From positions 10,230,001 through 10,294,000 of the forward strand of contig OX597820.1 of NCBI GenBank assembly GCA_951406725.2: a stretch of DNA of 64,000 nucleotides. The letters run 5' to 3'. This DNA comes from Octopus vulgaris (Eukaryota). Positions 42,899 to 56,834 of the stretch are shown piece after piece (position 1 is the stretch's first letter; the number at the start of each line of letters is the position of its first letter). The notes below the pieces were generated by a model, which worked only from the letters and a program-made list of their open reading frames with translations, ran no database searches and was not told the origin of the DNA. A program made the position numbers and the translations under genes.

Positions 42899-43436
42899 CT
42901 GTAGTGAAAATAAATACCAAATTTAAGATAAATTCTAGGGCCGATCTTATTCAAGGCGATGTCTCAGCATGGCTGCAGTCCAATTACTGAAACAAGAACA
43001 AACATAAAAGCAACGAATACACACACATACACACACACATGCATTTATATTTATGTATAATGTATGTATGTGTATGTGTGTGTGTGAGGATGTACGGCCC
43101 TGTGGTTAGTGTGTTGCATTTATGAACGCGAGATCGTAATTTCAATTCCCGGAGACAGTACGTTGTGTCATTTCAACCTCTTCTACGATCACTTCGACAT
43201 CTGACGTGTGGCACGCCGTGTACCTGTACAGGCAACGTCGATTTGCTGGAAGAAGAGAGTTAATGTGCGGCATAAACATTTGATCCTTTTAAACAAATCA
43301 TCTGTGCAAATGTGTAAGCCTTTTTCTTTGTTCAATTTCGCAAACGCACGTGTTATGAGCCGTTATTTTATGTGACATGAAAAATTGTTGATCATTTGTC
43401 GAGTAGAGAATTCTTTTAAAAACTGATGTATTTATT

Positions 43437-43533
43437 GCCAGACACTGAGGAGGTGATTTGCTTGATTCCATAATGTTTCCACTGTAGTTATGTAATTATT
43501 TCGGCATTTTGTCGAAACGCGTGTATGTCCGGT
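43437..43533 (+). ncRNA. Type I hammerhead motif with long stem II
   Basis: GCCAGACA-CTGAGGA-[62-nt imperfect hairpin]-GAAA-C GCGT G-TA-TGTCCGGT; stem I pairs at 7 of 8 positions. Confidence 0.6.
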
Positions 43534-43872
43534 GAAGCTTCGAAAAACATACCTGTTTTCTGAGTATTATTTTTTTCTATTATTTGTATCCTATTCCGTT
43601 CTCTAACCTAATCGGATTTCGATGTCCCACGGCATACTATACTGGAATAGAATGTGGAACTCACTACTGAGCCCCATTCGATTGCGCATCGCACGTCTAT
43701 ATTCCCTCGTATACACACATACACACACACACACTCACATATGTATATATATATGCATAATAGTATCTTGGTTTTCGAACAACTCTGACCACGAATAAAT
43801 CGTGCTTTATATATATGTATGTATATATATACATACATAATACATACATACATACATACATACATACATACA

Positions 43873-43902
<30 letters not shown>

Positions 43903-43903
<1 letters not shown>

Positions 43904-44559
43904 CTTTATATATATAAAACTGAGAATGTGTGTGTGTCTGTCTGTCTCTCTGTGTTTTTCCCTAAAACTTGAGAACTACAAACCAATTTCATTCAAATTT
44001 TACACATGCCTTACTTAGGGTCCATGTAGTTTCATGGGCAAAAAAAATGTTCAACTTCTTGCCTAGAGCGAGCCCATAGCAATATCGTATCTTCTCGACT
44101 ATTTCAGTATTACGTGTTAAAAGTGAAACAAAAACATTTCTCTATTTTATGTCAGATACTTTCACTTTAACAATAAAAATAATAATTACAATTGAATTAT
44201 GTGTAGTAAGTAATAATTAAAATGAAACTAAAGTATAATATAATCGTAACATAAAAAAAGTAAAAATAGCAATTGGTATAAAATTGCATCAATGAATTGA
44301 ACTTGAATAAGTGGTTTCATATGAATGGGAATAAATTTAAAATAAAATTAGCGTGCAGAAATGGAATAGTCCTACAATTCCAGTCTGTTATATATTTTCA
44401 GTATTGTTATCACTAGCGATATCAAGATATAACTTTGTATTTTGTATTTTATGTGTAGATGTATATATATATATAGATGTACATGTAATATGTACACATA
44501 TATACACATATATACATGCACTAGCACTATGACTCGGCGAAGACGAGTCATAATGCTAG
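43903..44559 (+). mobile_element. Non-autonomous Helitron
   Basis: Starts A|TCTTTATATATATAAAA and ends with the hairpin GACTCG..CGAGTC then CTAG|T. Confidence 0.8.
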
Positions 44560-44815
44560 TATATATATATATGTATATAATGGTATAGGTATCTATAAAG
44601 CATGATTTATTCGTTATCAGAGACGTTCGTAAACCGAGGTACTACTGTATATGTGTATAAAAATACATATGTACATATGTATATACATACATATATAATG
44701 TATATACACACATATGTGTATAAATATACATATGTACATATGTATATACATACATATATAATGTATATACACACATATATATACATATATACATGTATAC
44801 ATATATATTATATAT

Positions 44816-44895
<80 letters not shown>

Positions 44896-45810
44896 TTATA
44901 CACATACATGTATTTGTGTATGGGTGTGTCAATACGTATGTATTCCTATGATATATATATATATATATATATGAATACCTGATCTCCAATTCCCTTTCAT
45001 TTATTGACATTGACCCATAGAGTCATATCTAAATCTCACACACGCTTCGTGAGAACATTCATTCAGTTTGCTGCCGGCAAATCGAGTGTGCAAAACCATT
45101 TCCGTACAGAGTTAGAGACAATACATATATATAAAAAAAAACAACAAAAAAAAACAAAAAACCTTCCCTTGAGCACATACAAATTATCATCTACAAACCG
45201 ATCTTGCAAAGAAAGCATTGGTTTCTATAATAACGTTAGAATTTTAGTGTCCGATTTAGGTGTACAAATATTTCTCTGCTTCTGAATATTTCTTTTATCA
45301 AAGTGAAATCCCACGCAATTTATCGATAACTGACTTTCTCGAAATTGTTAATAAATAAATAAAAAATAGTAAAACGGTATCTATTTCTCAGTGACAGTAT
45401 AAATCGATAGAGATCAGGTATCACTGATATCATTGTATAAAAAAGATTTCCCAACTGCGCTGACAGAGTTGGGTTGTAAAGTTTGGTTAGGAACCAAGTT
45501 TTTGCTGGTGTGATGTGAATGCATCGTTGCAGAGAGAAATATTGCCTTTTGGTTAACTAAACATTGAGCGGAATTTGATAAATCAAAACTGTGCGAAAAC
45601 GCATGCAAACGTAAATATGTAAGCAAGCAAGCATGCATGCATGCATACAAACCAACAAACAATTCGGTTCTTTTTAACGGTTGAACTCAAAGTAGAAAAA
45701 CTATAAATAATGGGACCAAATTTTGGCACAACGCCAGCAAGTTCAGGTTAGGGGATAAGTCGGTTACAGTGACCGTAGTGCTCATCTGGTATATATATAT
45801 ATATATATAT

Positions 45811-45992
45811 GTAGGTCCCGGGTTGATTCGGGGTTAACCACAGTAAGTAAGGTACTCAATACATAGCAGAGTAAAATTAATTTATTATATAGAAGGAGCT
45901 TCTACAGGACTAGTACTGTTTCATTCAAGAGAATGAAGATTTCTCTTGAATGAAACAGTACTAGTCCTGTAGAAACTCCTTCTATATAATAA

Positions 45993-45994
<2 letters not shown>
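45811..45994. mobile_element. Second copy of the 5797 fold-back element in (TA)n
   Basis: Same GTAGGTCCCGGG tail; arms at about 45880-45933 and 45941-45994; different turn-around point. Confidence 0.8.
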
Positions 45995-46047
<53 letters not shown>

Positions 46048-46049
<2 letters not shown>

Positions 46050-46217
46050 GTAATCCCTCGACATATTGCGGTTCACATATCGTTGTTTACTATTTGAGCT
46101 TACATCGATTTCTCTGTGGTGTTGTTTTGCATTTATAATAAGATAAATATATACAAAAAATATATAGTACAGTACTGTTTCTACTTCTCCGATTTTCACC
46201 CATCGCTGAGGAATTAC

Positions 46218-46219
<2 letters not shown>
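46048..46219. mobile_element. pogo/Tigger-like MITE
   Basis: TIRs CAGTAATCCCTC / GAGGAATTACTG inside a TA/CA tract. Confidence 0.6.
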
Positions 46220-46273
<54 letters not shown>

Positions 46274-46280
46274 TGAATGC

Positions 46281-46317
<37 letters not shown>

Positions 46318-46321
46318 TGCG

Positions 46322-46353
<32 letters not shown>

Positions 46354-46397
46354 GAATATATATTTATATATATAATATATATATATTATATGAATGC

Positions 46398-46436
<39 letters not shown>

Positions 46437-46554
46437 TGCGTATATATATTATATATATATATATATATATGTATATATTTGTATATATATGAATGTATAT
46501 ATATATATATATATATATATATGTTACTACGTGTGAATGTGTATGTATATATAT

Positions 46555-46763
46555 AAGGCAGCGAGATGGCAGAATCGTTAGCACGCCGGGAGACATACTT
46601 AGCGCTATTTCGTCTTCCGTTACGTTCTGAGTTCAAATTCCGCCGAGGTCGACTTTGTCTTTCATCCATTCGGGGTCTATTAAATAAAGTACCAGTTACG
46701 CGTGATCGACTTAATCACTTTGTCTGTCCTTGTTGGTCCCCTTTATGCTTAGACCCCTGTGGG

Positions 46764-46765
<2 letters not shown>
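46555..46765 (+). mobile_element. SINE family B
   Basis: Head, B box and tail match the family. Confidence 0.8.
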
Positions 46766-46800
<35 letters not shown>

Positions 46801-46801
<1 letters not shown>

Positions 46802-47281
46802 TTAAATATAGGATAAAATCTTCATAAGAATTTATCACGTCGTCAGCGTGAAAACCATATAAAGGAAACTTTATAATTATTCCCTTTAAATAATTTATTA
46901 TATTAAAGGCATTTCTACACGTAAATACCTCACCCTATGAGGGACTCTTAATGTCAAAACAAGCATAATAAATATACATTGTACCGACAGCGAGGGAATG
47001 CAACTAGGAAATCGTCTCTTAAAAATAGATTCAACATATCAGACGGACACTATTAGGTGTTCGTCTGGTACGTTGAATTTTGTTCATTTTTATGTATCTT
47101 GATTGTGACTGCAATGACAATTGGAAAGTGGATTATGTACACAAACAATGAAATCATATGATTTGCGGCTAAATCTGTTTTGAAGAGACGATTTCCAAGT
47201 TGCATTCTCTCGCTATCAGTACACTGTATATTCATTATGGTAGTGAGGCATTTACGTGTTGTAATGCCCTGAATATAATTT
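46801..47281. mobile_element. Older fold-back element with one-sided tail between (TA)n tracts
   Basis: 46897-47031 and 47172-47280 are diverged inverted repeats; inner hairpin at 47029-47078; tail at 46801-46896. Confidence 0.6.
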
Positions 47282-47302
47282 AATATAATATAATATAATG
47301 TA

Positions 47303-47341
<39 letters not shown>

Positions 47342-48846
47342 GACTGGCTTCCACACAGTTTCCATTTACCAGATTCACTCATAAGGGATGGGTCGACCTG
47401 AAGTATAGTTGAAGAAACTTACCCAGGTGCTGCGTAGTGGAACTGATCCCGAGACCATGTAGTTGTTAATCGAACTTTTTAACCACACGGTTGAGTAGAG
47501 ATTTCTTTTAAAAATCATTTTCCAAGAAAAAAAAATGTATGACTAAAATTTTATTTAACGTTCTAGAATTTATTCTTTACGCACTTTTATGAAATGCTAT
47601 TTGAATTCTCTTCTGAATTGCTTAGATTTAAAAAAAAAATTTGAATTAATCAAAATTCCTGTCCGAAATGGAGATTGCCAGCATCTTTGTACATCAATAT
47701 ATCTAAAACAGAGTGAATTAATATGGTTATGGTTTGGTATGCTATGACCCAAGGGAACCCGAGTATCCAGTATATTAATCCACGAAGTCACTGAGAAGAC
47801 GCGTGCCTTAGTGGTTAGGGTGAGACGGCGGAATTTTTAGCACGCCGGACAAAATGCTTAGCGGCATTTCGTCTGCCTTTCTGTTCTGAGTTCAAATTCT
47901 GCCGATCAAACAGGTTCCCACCAAATATCAGGGTCAATGTAATCGACTCCCACCTCCTCCCAAAGTTCAGGCCTTGTGCCTATAGTAGAAAGGATTATTA
48001 TACCTGTGTTTGTAAGGCTGCGAGCTGGAAGTATCTTTGGCACACCGAGCAGAAGGTCCGGCTTTATGTTCTGAGCTCAAATTCTGCCGAGGTTGACTTT
48101 CTCTTTCATCCATTCGTGGTCGATAAAACAAGTGCCTATCAAGTTCTCCCTCCCACGAAAAACTGCTGGCTCTGTATCAAAATTGGAAATCAGTATTTAC
48201 TTTCATTTCAGGTACTCTTAGTTTAGTTTAGAAGAAAAAATATATTTTCAAATAAATACTTGAGTGTTGAAAAAAGCCCACCAAGACCTGTAAACAAAAC
48301 AGTTTTAGAATTGAATATAAAAACATGAATACAATTCAAAGACATACAAAGAAAATTTCAAGTACATATACAAATCTATGCACACACAAAACGTTCTAAG
48401 TTGGACTCCTAGAGAGTATGTTAGTTTTAAAATGGTTCGTTATGTATTAAGCTTTTTAAATTGGACAATGGAACATTTCAAGAAAATATCTAATGATTTG
48501 TCGAGGAGAAAAAAAATGGGTTATATTTCGTATTTATCAAGTATGGTGTATTGATTGAAATAACATAAGTAGGTAACAGTTATTGGAAATTATAGTTCGA
48601 GTTGTTATGAATTACTTATAGAAGTGAAAGAATAAAATATGTATGCAGGTATGGCTGCGTGGTTAAGAAACTCGCTCTGCAGTCACGGAGCTTCGGGTTC
48701 AGTACCACTGTGAGGCACTTTGGATAAGCATCTTGGACCGTAGCCTTTGACCGAGCAATACATTCGGAATAAATTTGCTTGACGCAAACTGTGAGAAAGT
48801 CGTCGTACAAACACACACACACACATGCACACGCACGCACGCATAT

Positions 48847-48906
<60 letters not shown>

Positions 48907-48911
<5 letters not shown>

Positions 48912-49107
48912 ATCCAAACAAGAAAGCACAAAAAAAAAAACACAACAACGCGAGGACGTGGAACAAATATAGTATTATTGAACGCGCTGAGGAAAGAAGG
49001 AGGGTTTAACGTTTCAAGCGGAGCTCTTCGTCGGAAACATAGAAGGAAAGATCCAGAGAAGGGAAGACAGAGGAAAAAAAATCGCCAACGGTACACACGC
49101 GGTCACA
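48907..49107 (-). mobile_element. Family P2 full copy
   Basis: Reverse complement of 25891-26098, with motif TTT-CCGACGA-A-GAGC tcc GCTT-GAAACGTTAAA. Confidence 0.8.
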
Positions 49108-49267
49108 CAAAGTATGGGGGTTTAGTTCACAGGTGATCTAAACGTTTATGTTTGCTAGGTAAGTGCTGTAACAGCTTATTAGGGCTCCAAGGTTATAGCC
49201 GAGACAGTAGTTATGGAGCCATTATAGATTTCCGAAGCAGCAGATATATAATTGTTAAAGAGGACAA

Positions 49268-49524
49268 CAAACGTTAAGGCAAGACAAACATCTCAAGTCA
49301 TGTGCATTATTATTATTGGAAAAAATTCACCGTCTTACATCTATTTCTGGGATAACCCAGAGTAAGGGATATCCCGTCATCGGAGACAAATAGGGAAAAT
49401 GGGAAGGGTATAGATTACAGAATATCCCATACTCTGGGATATCCCAGAAGCAGGTGTAAGACTTTGATTTTTTTCCAATAATGATAATATATGACTTGAG
49501 ATGTTTGCCTTGCTTTAACGTTTG
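49268..49524. repeat. Inverted repeat, ~113-bp arms with 31-nt spacer
   Basis: 49268-49381 is the diverged reverse complement of 49413-49524. Confidence 0.85.
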
Positions 49525-49544
49525 CTATGCTCTTTAGCATTATG

Positions 49545-49695
<151 letters not shown>

Positions 49696-50346
49696 GTAGA
49701 TAGATAGATATGTGTATGTGTATGTTCTCCTTCAACTACTTGACAGCTGGTGTTAGTTTGTTAATATATCAATCTCTTAGCAGTTTTGTAAAAAAAAACA
49801 GTCAGAACAAACATCAGGATTAAAAAAATAAGTACTTGTGTCATTTTCTTCGGTTAAACCTTCAAAGATAGTGCTGTAGCATGGCCATAGCCCAATGACA
49901 TAGACATGTTAATAAAACAAAAGTAAGGACGGTATAGGTTCGTTTTGCTCAGGATTTAGACCTGATTGGAATTCTTCTGTAGTTCCTTGTTTGGAGTCAA
50001 TGGAATAAATGCCAGCATCATGCTAAGATGAAGAAACTTACCCAGATGCCGAGCTTAGCGGCATTTCGTCGGCCTTTATGTTCTGAGTTCAAATTCCGCC
50101 GTTCAAACAGGTACCTACCAAATACCAGGGTCGATGTAATTGACACCCTCCCCTTCTCCCGAAGTTCAGCCCTTCACGCAAACAAAGATTGTATACTAGG
50201 TTGATAGTCAAAATTGAGGATGCGAGATGAATAGTGGTGGTCACCATTGGCAACAGTTAACCAACAGCAGCGTATTGGGTTTCTGAAAGGCGCGGATGAG
50301 TGTAAGATCTAGATTCCTTGTTTTTTTCTGGAAGGGAGAATGAAAT

Positions 50347-50386
<40 letters not shown>

Positions 50387-51592
50387 TTAGTGAGTAGAAG
50401 ATAAAGAGTGAGAAGTAGGGAGAAAAAAAAAACGAGAATAAGAGTTTGCCGCCTTGGTCGAATGTGTTCGTGATCTGTTTGCAATTTGTTTTATTAACAA
50501 TGAAGTAAAAAAACAAAATTTTAACCGAGAATCTCAAACGTTTTATAAATTCTCATGGTGAGAACATTAACAGCAACATTTTTTTCTTTGCACAATGAAC
50601 GACACCTGACCTAAAATCTGGGTCGACATGTTGCGGCAATGCGATGCAGAAAACAGCCTGTTTTCCTCTAAAGTTTGTTTCGATATACAAATCAATAATA
50701 TATGCCGTCTGTTGATGTACGTGCAGTAACTTGGATTCCAAATATATCGATTAAAAGTTTTCATTCAGTCATCTTCGGAATGAACCAAGAAACGAACTCA
50801 CCAATAACTTTAAGGCAAACAACTCGGTATAAGCCTGATGATGCTAATTGTCGGTCGCCTGATATAGCGTATACCAGCTCGAGGAATCTAGGAATATAGT
50901 GGTACTTCTAAGTTTGAACACGACAGGGCGATATCTTAAATCTATCTAATTTATTTAGGAATTCAAACAAACTCATAGCAGCTTGATGCTCTTGCACATT
51001 GGCTGGATGCTCTCGCTGCTCCTAAAATTGGGTATTATTTCGAAGTCTCTCCACAGCAAGACTCAAATTATTTAGAGACACAATAAACGGACCGTTTAGG
51101 AAGGGCATCTGTCTGATTTGAGTGCGTTGTTTGAATTTCGTAATGGTAATTATTATTGGATATATCACATTACAGGAATATATTGACTACAATACTGATT
51201 TCAACATGATAGTAGCGATTTAGTATTCTCTTGGCTCGTAAAAAGAAAAAAACATTCCTTCAAAATAAAAAAAAAGCGAACTAATTCATGCTATCTATGA
51301 CATTAATAAGATGTATGGCATTGTAGCCTCCGTTTGAAATTAAGAAGTGAACTATGACAAGCTTTGAAGACTGTAGGTGGATAAGAACGGTGGTCTCTAG
51401 ACGGGTTTCTTATCTATTCGACTAGCTGTCATTTTGATTAAATTACTAGCATAGATATCAAGAAGAAAAATGAGAGTGCACCAAGGTACAGAAATAAATC
51501 AGCTAAAAAAACTACCGAAGTTTTAGATATTATTTCAAAATATAGAGCTGTGTATCATAGACCTGACTTTATATTGACATTTATGCGGACGC

Positions 51593-51909
51593 TGTAACAC
51601 ACAGGGGTCCGGTTTTACTGTTCTTGTTTCTTATATTTGTCAAGTTCGCTTGTTTTGATTTCTTTTTTGTCTGCTTGTGTTTCTGTTTCCTCTAAATTTA
51701 TAATAGTCCTCTCTATGAATGCGTACCTATAAGTATGTATCGATATGTATGTACGCTTTATGGCATACGCAAAATCGGTATAAGATCGAACATTTATTGT
51801 CTCCCGAGAGAAAAGATGGTCTGTGTTCGTGTATTCGCTCTATATTGGTGCGGCATCATTTCAGTTTTTCTTCTTTTCATATAAATTTGTTTTAATTCTT
51901 AGTGCTACA
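51593..51909. mobile_element. Possible solo LTR
   Basis: Starts TGTAACAC and ends GTGCTACA; flanks GACGC/GGTGC match at only 3 of 5 positions. Confidence 0.35.
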
Positions 51910-52130
51910 GGTGCACACTTTCCTTTATTTACCTGTTGGCAATAATAATAATAATGAAATTATTGTGTATCAGGTGTACTACAACTCATCAAAGGTGCAT
52001 GTACAGTACATGTACAAAGGTCAGGAAAGTGAACAGTGTATGAGTCATGATATAGACGTGTGTATGCGTATGGGGGGGGGTATCAAGTGTAGTGTTGGCG
52101 AATTTCAAGAAGCATGGAGATTTTAAAGAG

Positions 52131-52205
<75 letters not shown>

Positions 52206-52466
52206 ATTAAAAAATAGTTTATTTTGTCTCTTTGTCTTCTCTCCTGTTGCAGTATGAACATGTAATGTGGTTTTAGAGTCACGTTTAGACTGCTATTTCC
52301 AGCGTGGTGGTATCTCTTAGATACTCTAAGTTATAATTTTAATAATAATTATTACCTTTGAAGGTTTTTATTCCCATGCTGGCCACCTGATAAGATCGGT
52401 ATTTAAATAACGATCTTATCCTTATTTATATAAATTTACATACATATACATACATACATACATACA

Positions 52467-52525
<59 letters not shown>

Positions 52526-52768
52526 AGGGTAGTAAATTTAGAGAAATGTTCATACCGGTGCCCACCATGCGTAATAGAGTGAATAGACAATATATTTTCA
52601 TATAAAATAGTGTACAAACAATTTACGTATTTATACACAAAAAAGGTGACCTTTAACAGGACACCTTACATGCTGGAAAGGGCAGTTAAAGCTCCTAAAT
52701 TTTTCGTAGTTTCGAAGCTCTTTGGTATGCAGTTTTAATTTTTTTTTTATTATATGCAGCCGAATGTA

Positions 52769-52784
52769 ACTGCGCATGCGCAGT
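52769..52784. promoter_or_regulatory. Perfect NRF1/EWG-type palindrome ACTGCGCATGCGCAGT
   Basis: 16-bp palindrome containing TGCGCATGCGCA; function not shown. Confidence 0.3.
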
Positions 52785-53035
52785 GAATTTGTAAATTGTA
52801 ATGTATAAGTATGTAGCGTGTGTATATCTTTTAACTTTAAACTTTCACTTGTTTCCGGGATAAGACTGCGGTCATACTGGGGCATCACCTTGTAAAATTT
52901 TTAATCGAACGAATCGACGCAAGGCTTATTTTGTTAAAGCTTGGTCCCTATTCTGTCTGTCACTTATGTTGAACCGCTAAGTTACGGTGACATAAAAGCA
53001 CTAACACCCGTTATATATATGTATATATATATATT

Positions 53036-53428
53036 ACTCTTTTACTTGTTTCAGTCATTTGACTGCGGCCATGCTGGAGCCCCATCTTTAGTGGAGCAAA
53101 TCGCCCACAGGATTTATTCTTTGTAAGCCTAGTACTTATTCTATCGGTCTCTTTTGCCGAACCGCTAAGTGACGGGGACGTAAACACACCACCATCGGTT
53201 GTCAAGCGACGTTGGAGGGACAAACACAGACACACAAACTCACACACACATATATATATATACATATATACGACGGTCTTCTTTCAGTTTCCGTCTACCA
53301 AATTCACTCACAAGGCTTTGGTCGGCCCGAGGCTATAGTAGAAGACACTTGCCCAAGGTGCCACGCAGTGGGACTGAACCCGGAACCATATGGTTGGTTA
53401 GCAAGCTACTTACCACACAGCTACTCCT
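53036..53428 (-). mobile_element. SINE family A
   Basis: Match to the consensus; an older fragment lies at 52845-53010. Confidence 0.9.
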
Positions 53429-53994
53429 CTCATTCTCTTAATATATATATATATACATGCACATATACATAATATATACATACACAAATACACGCACACA
53501 CACGCACGCACACACACACACACACACACATACACACACACGCACACACAGACATCCGTGAGTTTATATGAGAGAAACTCTCAAAGCGTATTGCGCAGTA
53601 TTCGGCGTTTTAATGACATGCCCACGTTAAGTAGGATATAAAGATTGCCATTCGGCATTAAAGCTAATTCTGTTTCTGACACACACACACGCGCGCGCGC
53701 TTGTTCGTGTGTGAGCGTGTATAAATACATATTTTTACATATACATATCAATACATCAAACAAATCTCCTTATTTAGATGTGAAGTTAATTAAAAACAAT
53801 AAAAAGGCTATGATGGAGTTTAACAACAGAACTGAAAAAGAAACTGTTTTCAAAACTATTACTTAGCTGATATATTTTATCGTGTGATTCTAACATTTAA
53901 TTAGAATTTATAGGCTTTTTTTTCAGCGCATGTGCGAAATTTTACGACTGTGAAATGGTGTGTATGCATGATTTAGCATCGCTAGATTCCAAAA

Positions 53995-54065
<71 letters not shown>

Positions 54066-54066
<1 letters not shown>

Positions 54067-54181
54067 AACCTATCTACCTTCCTTTTCCTTTTTTTCCATT
54101 TTCTTTTTCCATCTTCGAAAAGAAAAGCTCTACATTTGTTGTTATCCCCTCTGTGTTCAGCCTGTATGACCAATAAAGAAA

Positions 54182-54182
<1 letters not shown>
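54066..54182 (+). mobile_element. Diverged 3' tip of the Tx1-type LINE after (TATC)n
   Basis: AAAAGAAAAGCTCTAC...CTCTGTGTTCAGCCTGTATGACCAATAAAGAAA resembles 14306-14372. Confidence 0.65.
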
Positions 54183-54252
<70 letters not shown>

Positions 54253-54408
54253 TTCTCCCCATCTCTCTCTCTCTCTGTCTATCTAACTATCTACTTACCT
54301 GCCAGTCTGACTATCTGGTTGTCTGATTGCCTACCTCTGTGTATCTGTGTGTGTCTCTTTCTCTCACTTTCTCTCTTTCTCCCTCTCTGTTCATAAATAC
54401 ATATATAA

Positions 54409-54477
<69 letters not shown>

Positions 54478-54649
54478 TATATACATATTTATATATATAT
54501 ATATACATATATATACTTTCATATACTTATGTGTAAATATTTAATGATATAATGTATATATCTGTCTGTCTATCAATCTATCTATCTATGTCACTATCTA
54601 TCTATATGTACACACTCACATACACATACTCACACACAATGAATGTATG

Positions 54650-54698
<49 letters not shown>

Positions 54699-54783
54699 AT
54701 ATATATATATGTATATGTATATATGTATACATATATCTATCTATCTATCTGTCTATCTACCTATCTATATATATATATATTTA

Positions 54784-54844
<61 letters not shown>

Positions 54845-55187
54845 GTATGGATTTTCATCTGACGCTATTGGCGTTAAAGACATAGAGAAGAAGAGAACGA
54901 TGGGCGTTACTGACATTCTCTGAACTTTCAATTAGCAGGCTGCGTTGCTGGATAAATACGAACATAAACACATAAGTGAATAAAAATTGATTCAGCTTCA
55001 AGGAATTCATACCCAACGATGTAGATGCACTTAAAAATACCTTTGATTTAATTTAAATGATCTTCTTCAATGAATGATTGTTGCTTGTTTAAAGTTTTCT
55101 CACTGTAATACCGTAATAAAAGGCCAATTATATATATATACTTATCATTATAATTGCACTCATTTGAGAGTAGGTATGTATTTGTGA

Positions 55188-55241
<54 letters not shown>

Positions 55242-55349
55242 ATATATGCATGTGTATGTGAACGTATGTATATGTATATATATGTATATATATATCTATT
55301 TATATATTTATATGTATATATTTATATCAATACATTTATATTTTATATT

Positions 55350-55388
<39 letters not shown>

Positions 55389-55700
55389 GTGTATATATAT
55401 GCATATATATGTATGTATATATATGTATATATGTGTATATCTCTGTATATATGTGGACATATATGTATATGTGTGCGCATGCATATGCATATATATATAC
55501 ATGGATATATATATATATATATATATATGTGTATATATATGTGTGCATATACATTTATATGTGTATATATATATATGTGCATAAATATGTGTGTGTGTAT
55601 ATATATATAAGTGAATATATATCTATATATATATACATACATAATACATACATACAAACATATATATACATATATCTATATATATATATATATCTATATA

Positions 55701-55770
<70 letters not shown>

Positions 55771-56374
55771 TGAATATATACATTTATGTACATGAATCGA
55801 AGACTGTTATGAGGTGATAGATTTAAATTTAATTGATAGAAAAATATCTCAATCGTAGCAGGAAATGTATTAAAACGTATGCCCACGTGAAGCGTATCTT
55901 TCTGTGTGTTGGATGTGCGTGTTTCGGGCGGGGGAGGGGGAGTGAAAGCGAGAGTGAGAATGTGTGTGTGGGAGTGTGTGTGTTTGTGTCGATGCATTTG
56001 TGGCTGTGAAGAATTTTGCACGTTTATACGCTGCAAACACTACTCACACGGCACACAAAGTCTCTCACACATATGCACAGCCAAACACAAACGCATACAC
56101 ATACACATGAGATGCGGAGGCCGCGTGTGTGTAAGTGAGTGTATGCCTAGGGCATGTGGTGTCACAGGGGGTATGAGTGAAGTGAACTTATCTCTACATT
56201 AGCTTATAACACACACGCGTATATATTCTATGTTCCATTTATATACATTTATAAACACACGTGGCTGTGTGGTTCGCGAAGAGAGACCGATAGAATAAGT
56301 ACTAGCCTCATAGACATTAAGTCCTGGGTTCGAATGACTGAAACAAATAAAAGAATACATATATATACATACTC

Positions 56375-56760
56375 TCTTTACTCTTTTACTTGTTTCATTC
56401 ATTTGACTGCGGCCATGCTGGAGCACCGCCTTTTAATCGAGCAAATCGACTCCGGGACTTATTCTTTTGTAAGCCCAGTACTTCTTCTATCGCTAAGTAA
56501 CGGGGACATAAACACACCATCATCGGTTGTCAAGCAATGCTAGGGGGACAAACACAGACACACAAACACACGCACGCATATATATATGTACATATATACG
56601 ACGGGCTTCTTTCAGTTTCCGTCTACCAAATCCACTCACAAGCTTTGGTCGGCCCGAGGCTATAGTAGAAGACACTTGCCCAAGGTGCCACGCAGTGTAC
56701 TGAACCCGGAACCATGTGGTTGGTAAACAAGCTACTTACCACACAGCCACTCCTGCGCCT
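56375..56760 (-). mobile_element. SINE family A
   Basis: Match to the consensus. Confidence 0.9.
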
Positions 56761-56764
56761 ATAC

Positions 56765-56834
<70 letters not shown>

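Noticed and set aside
50830-50890. CTGATGA followed by a GCTA/TAGC stem
   Set aside because: GAAA box absent.
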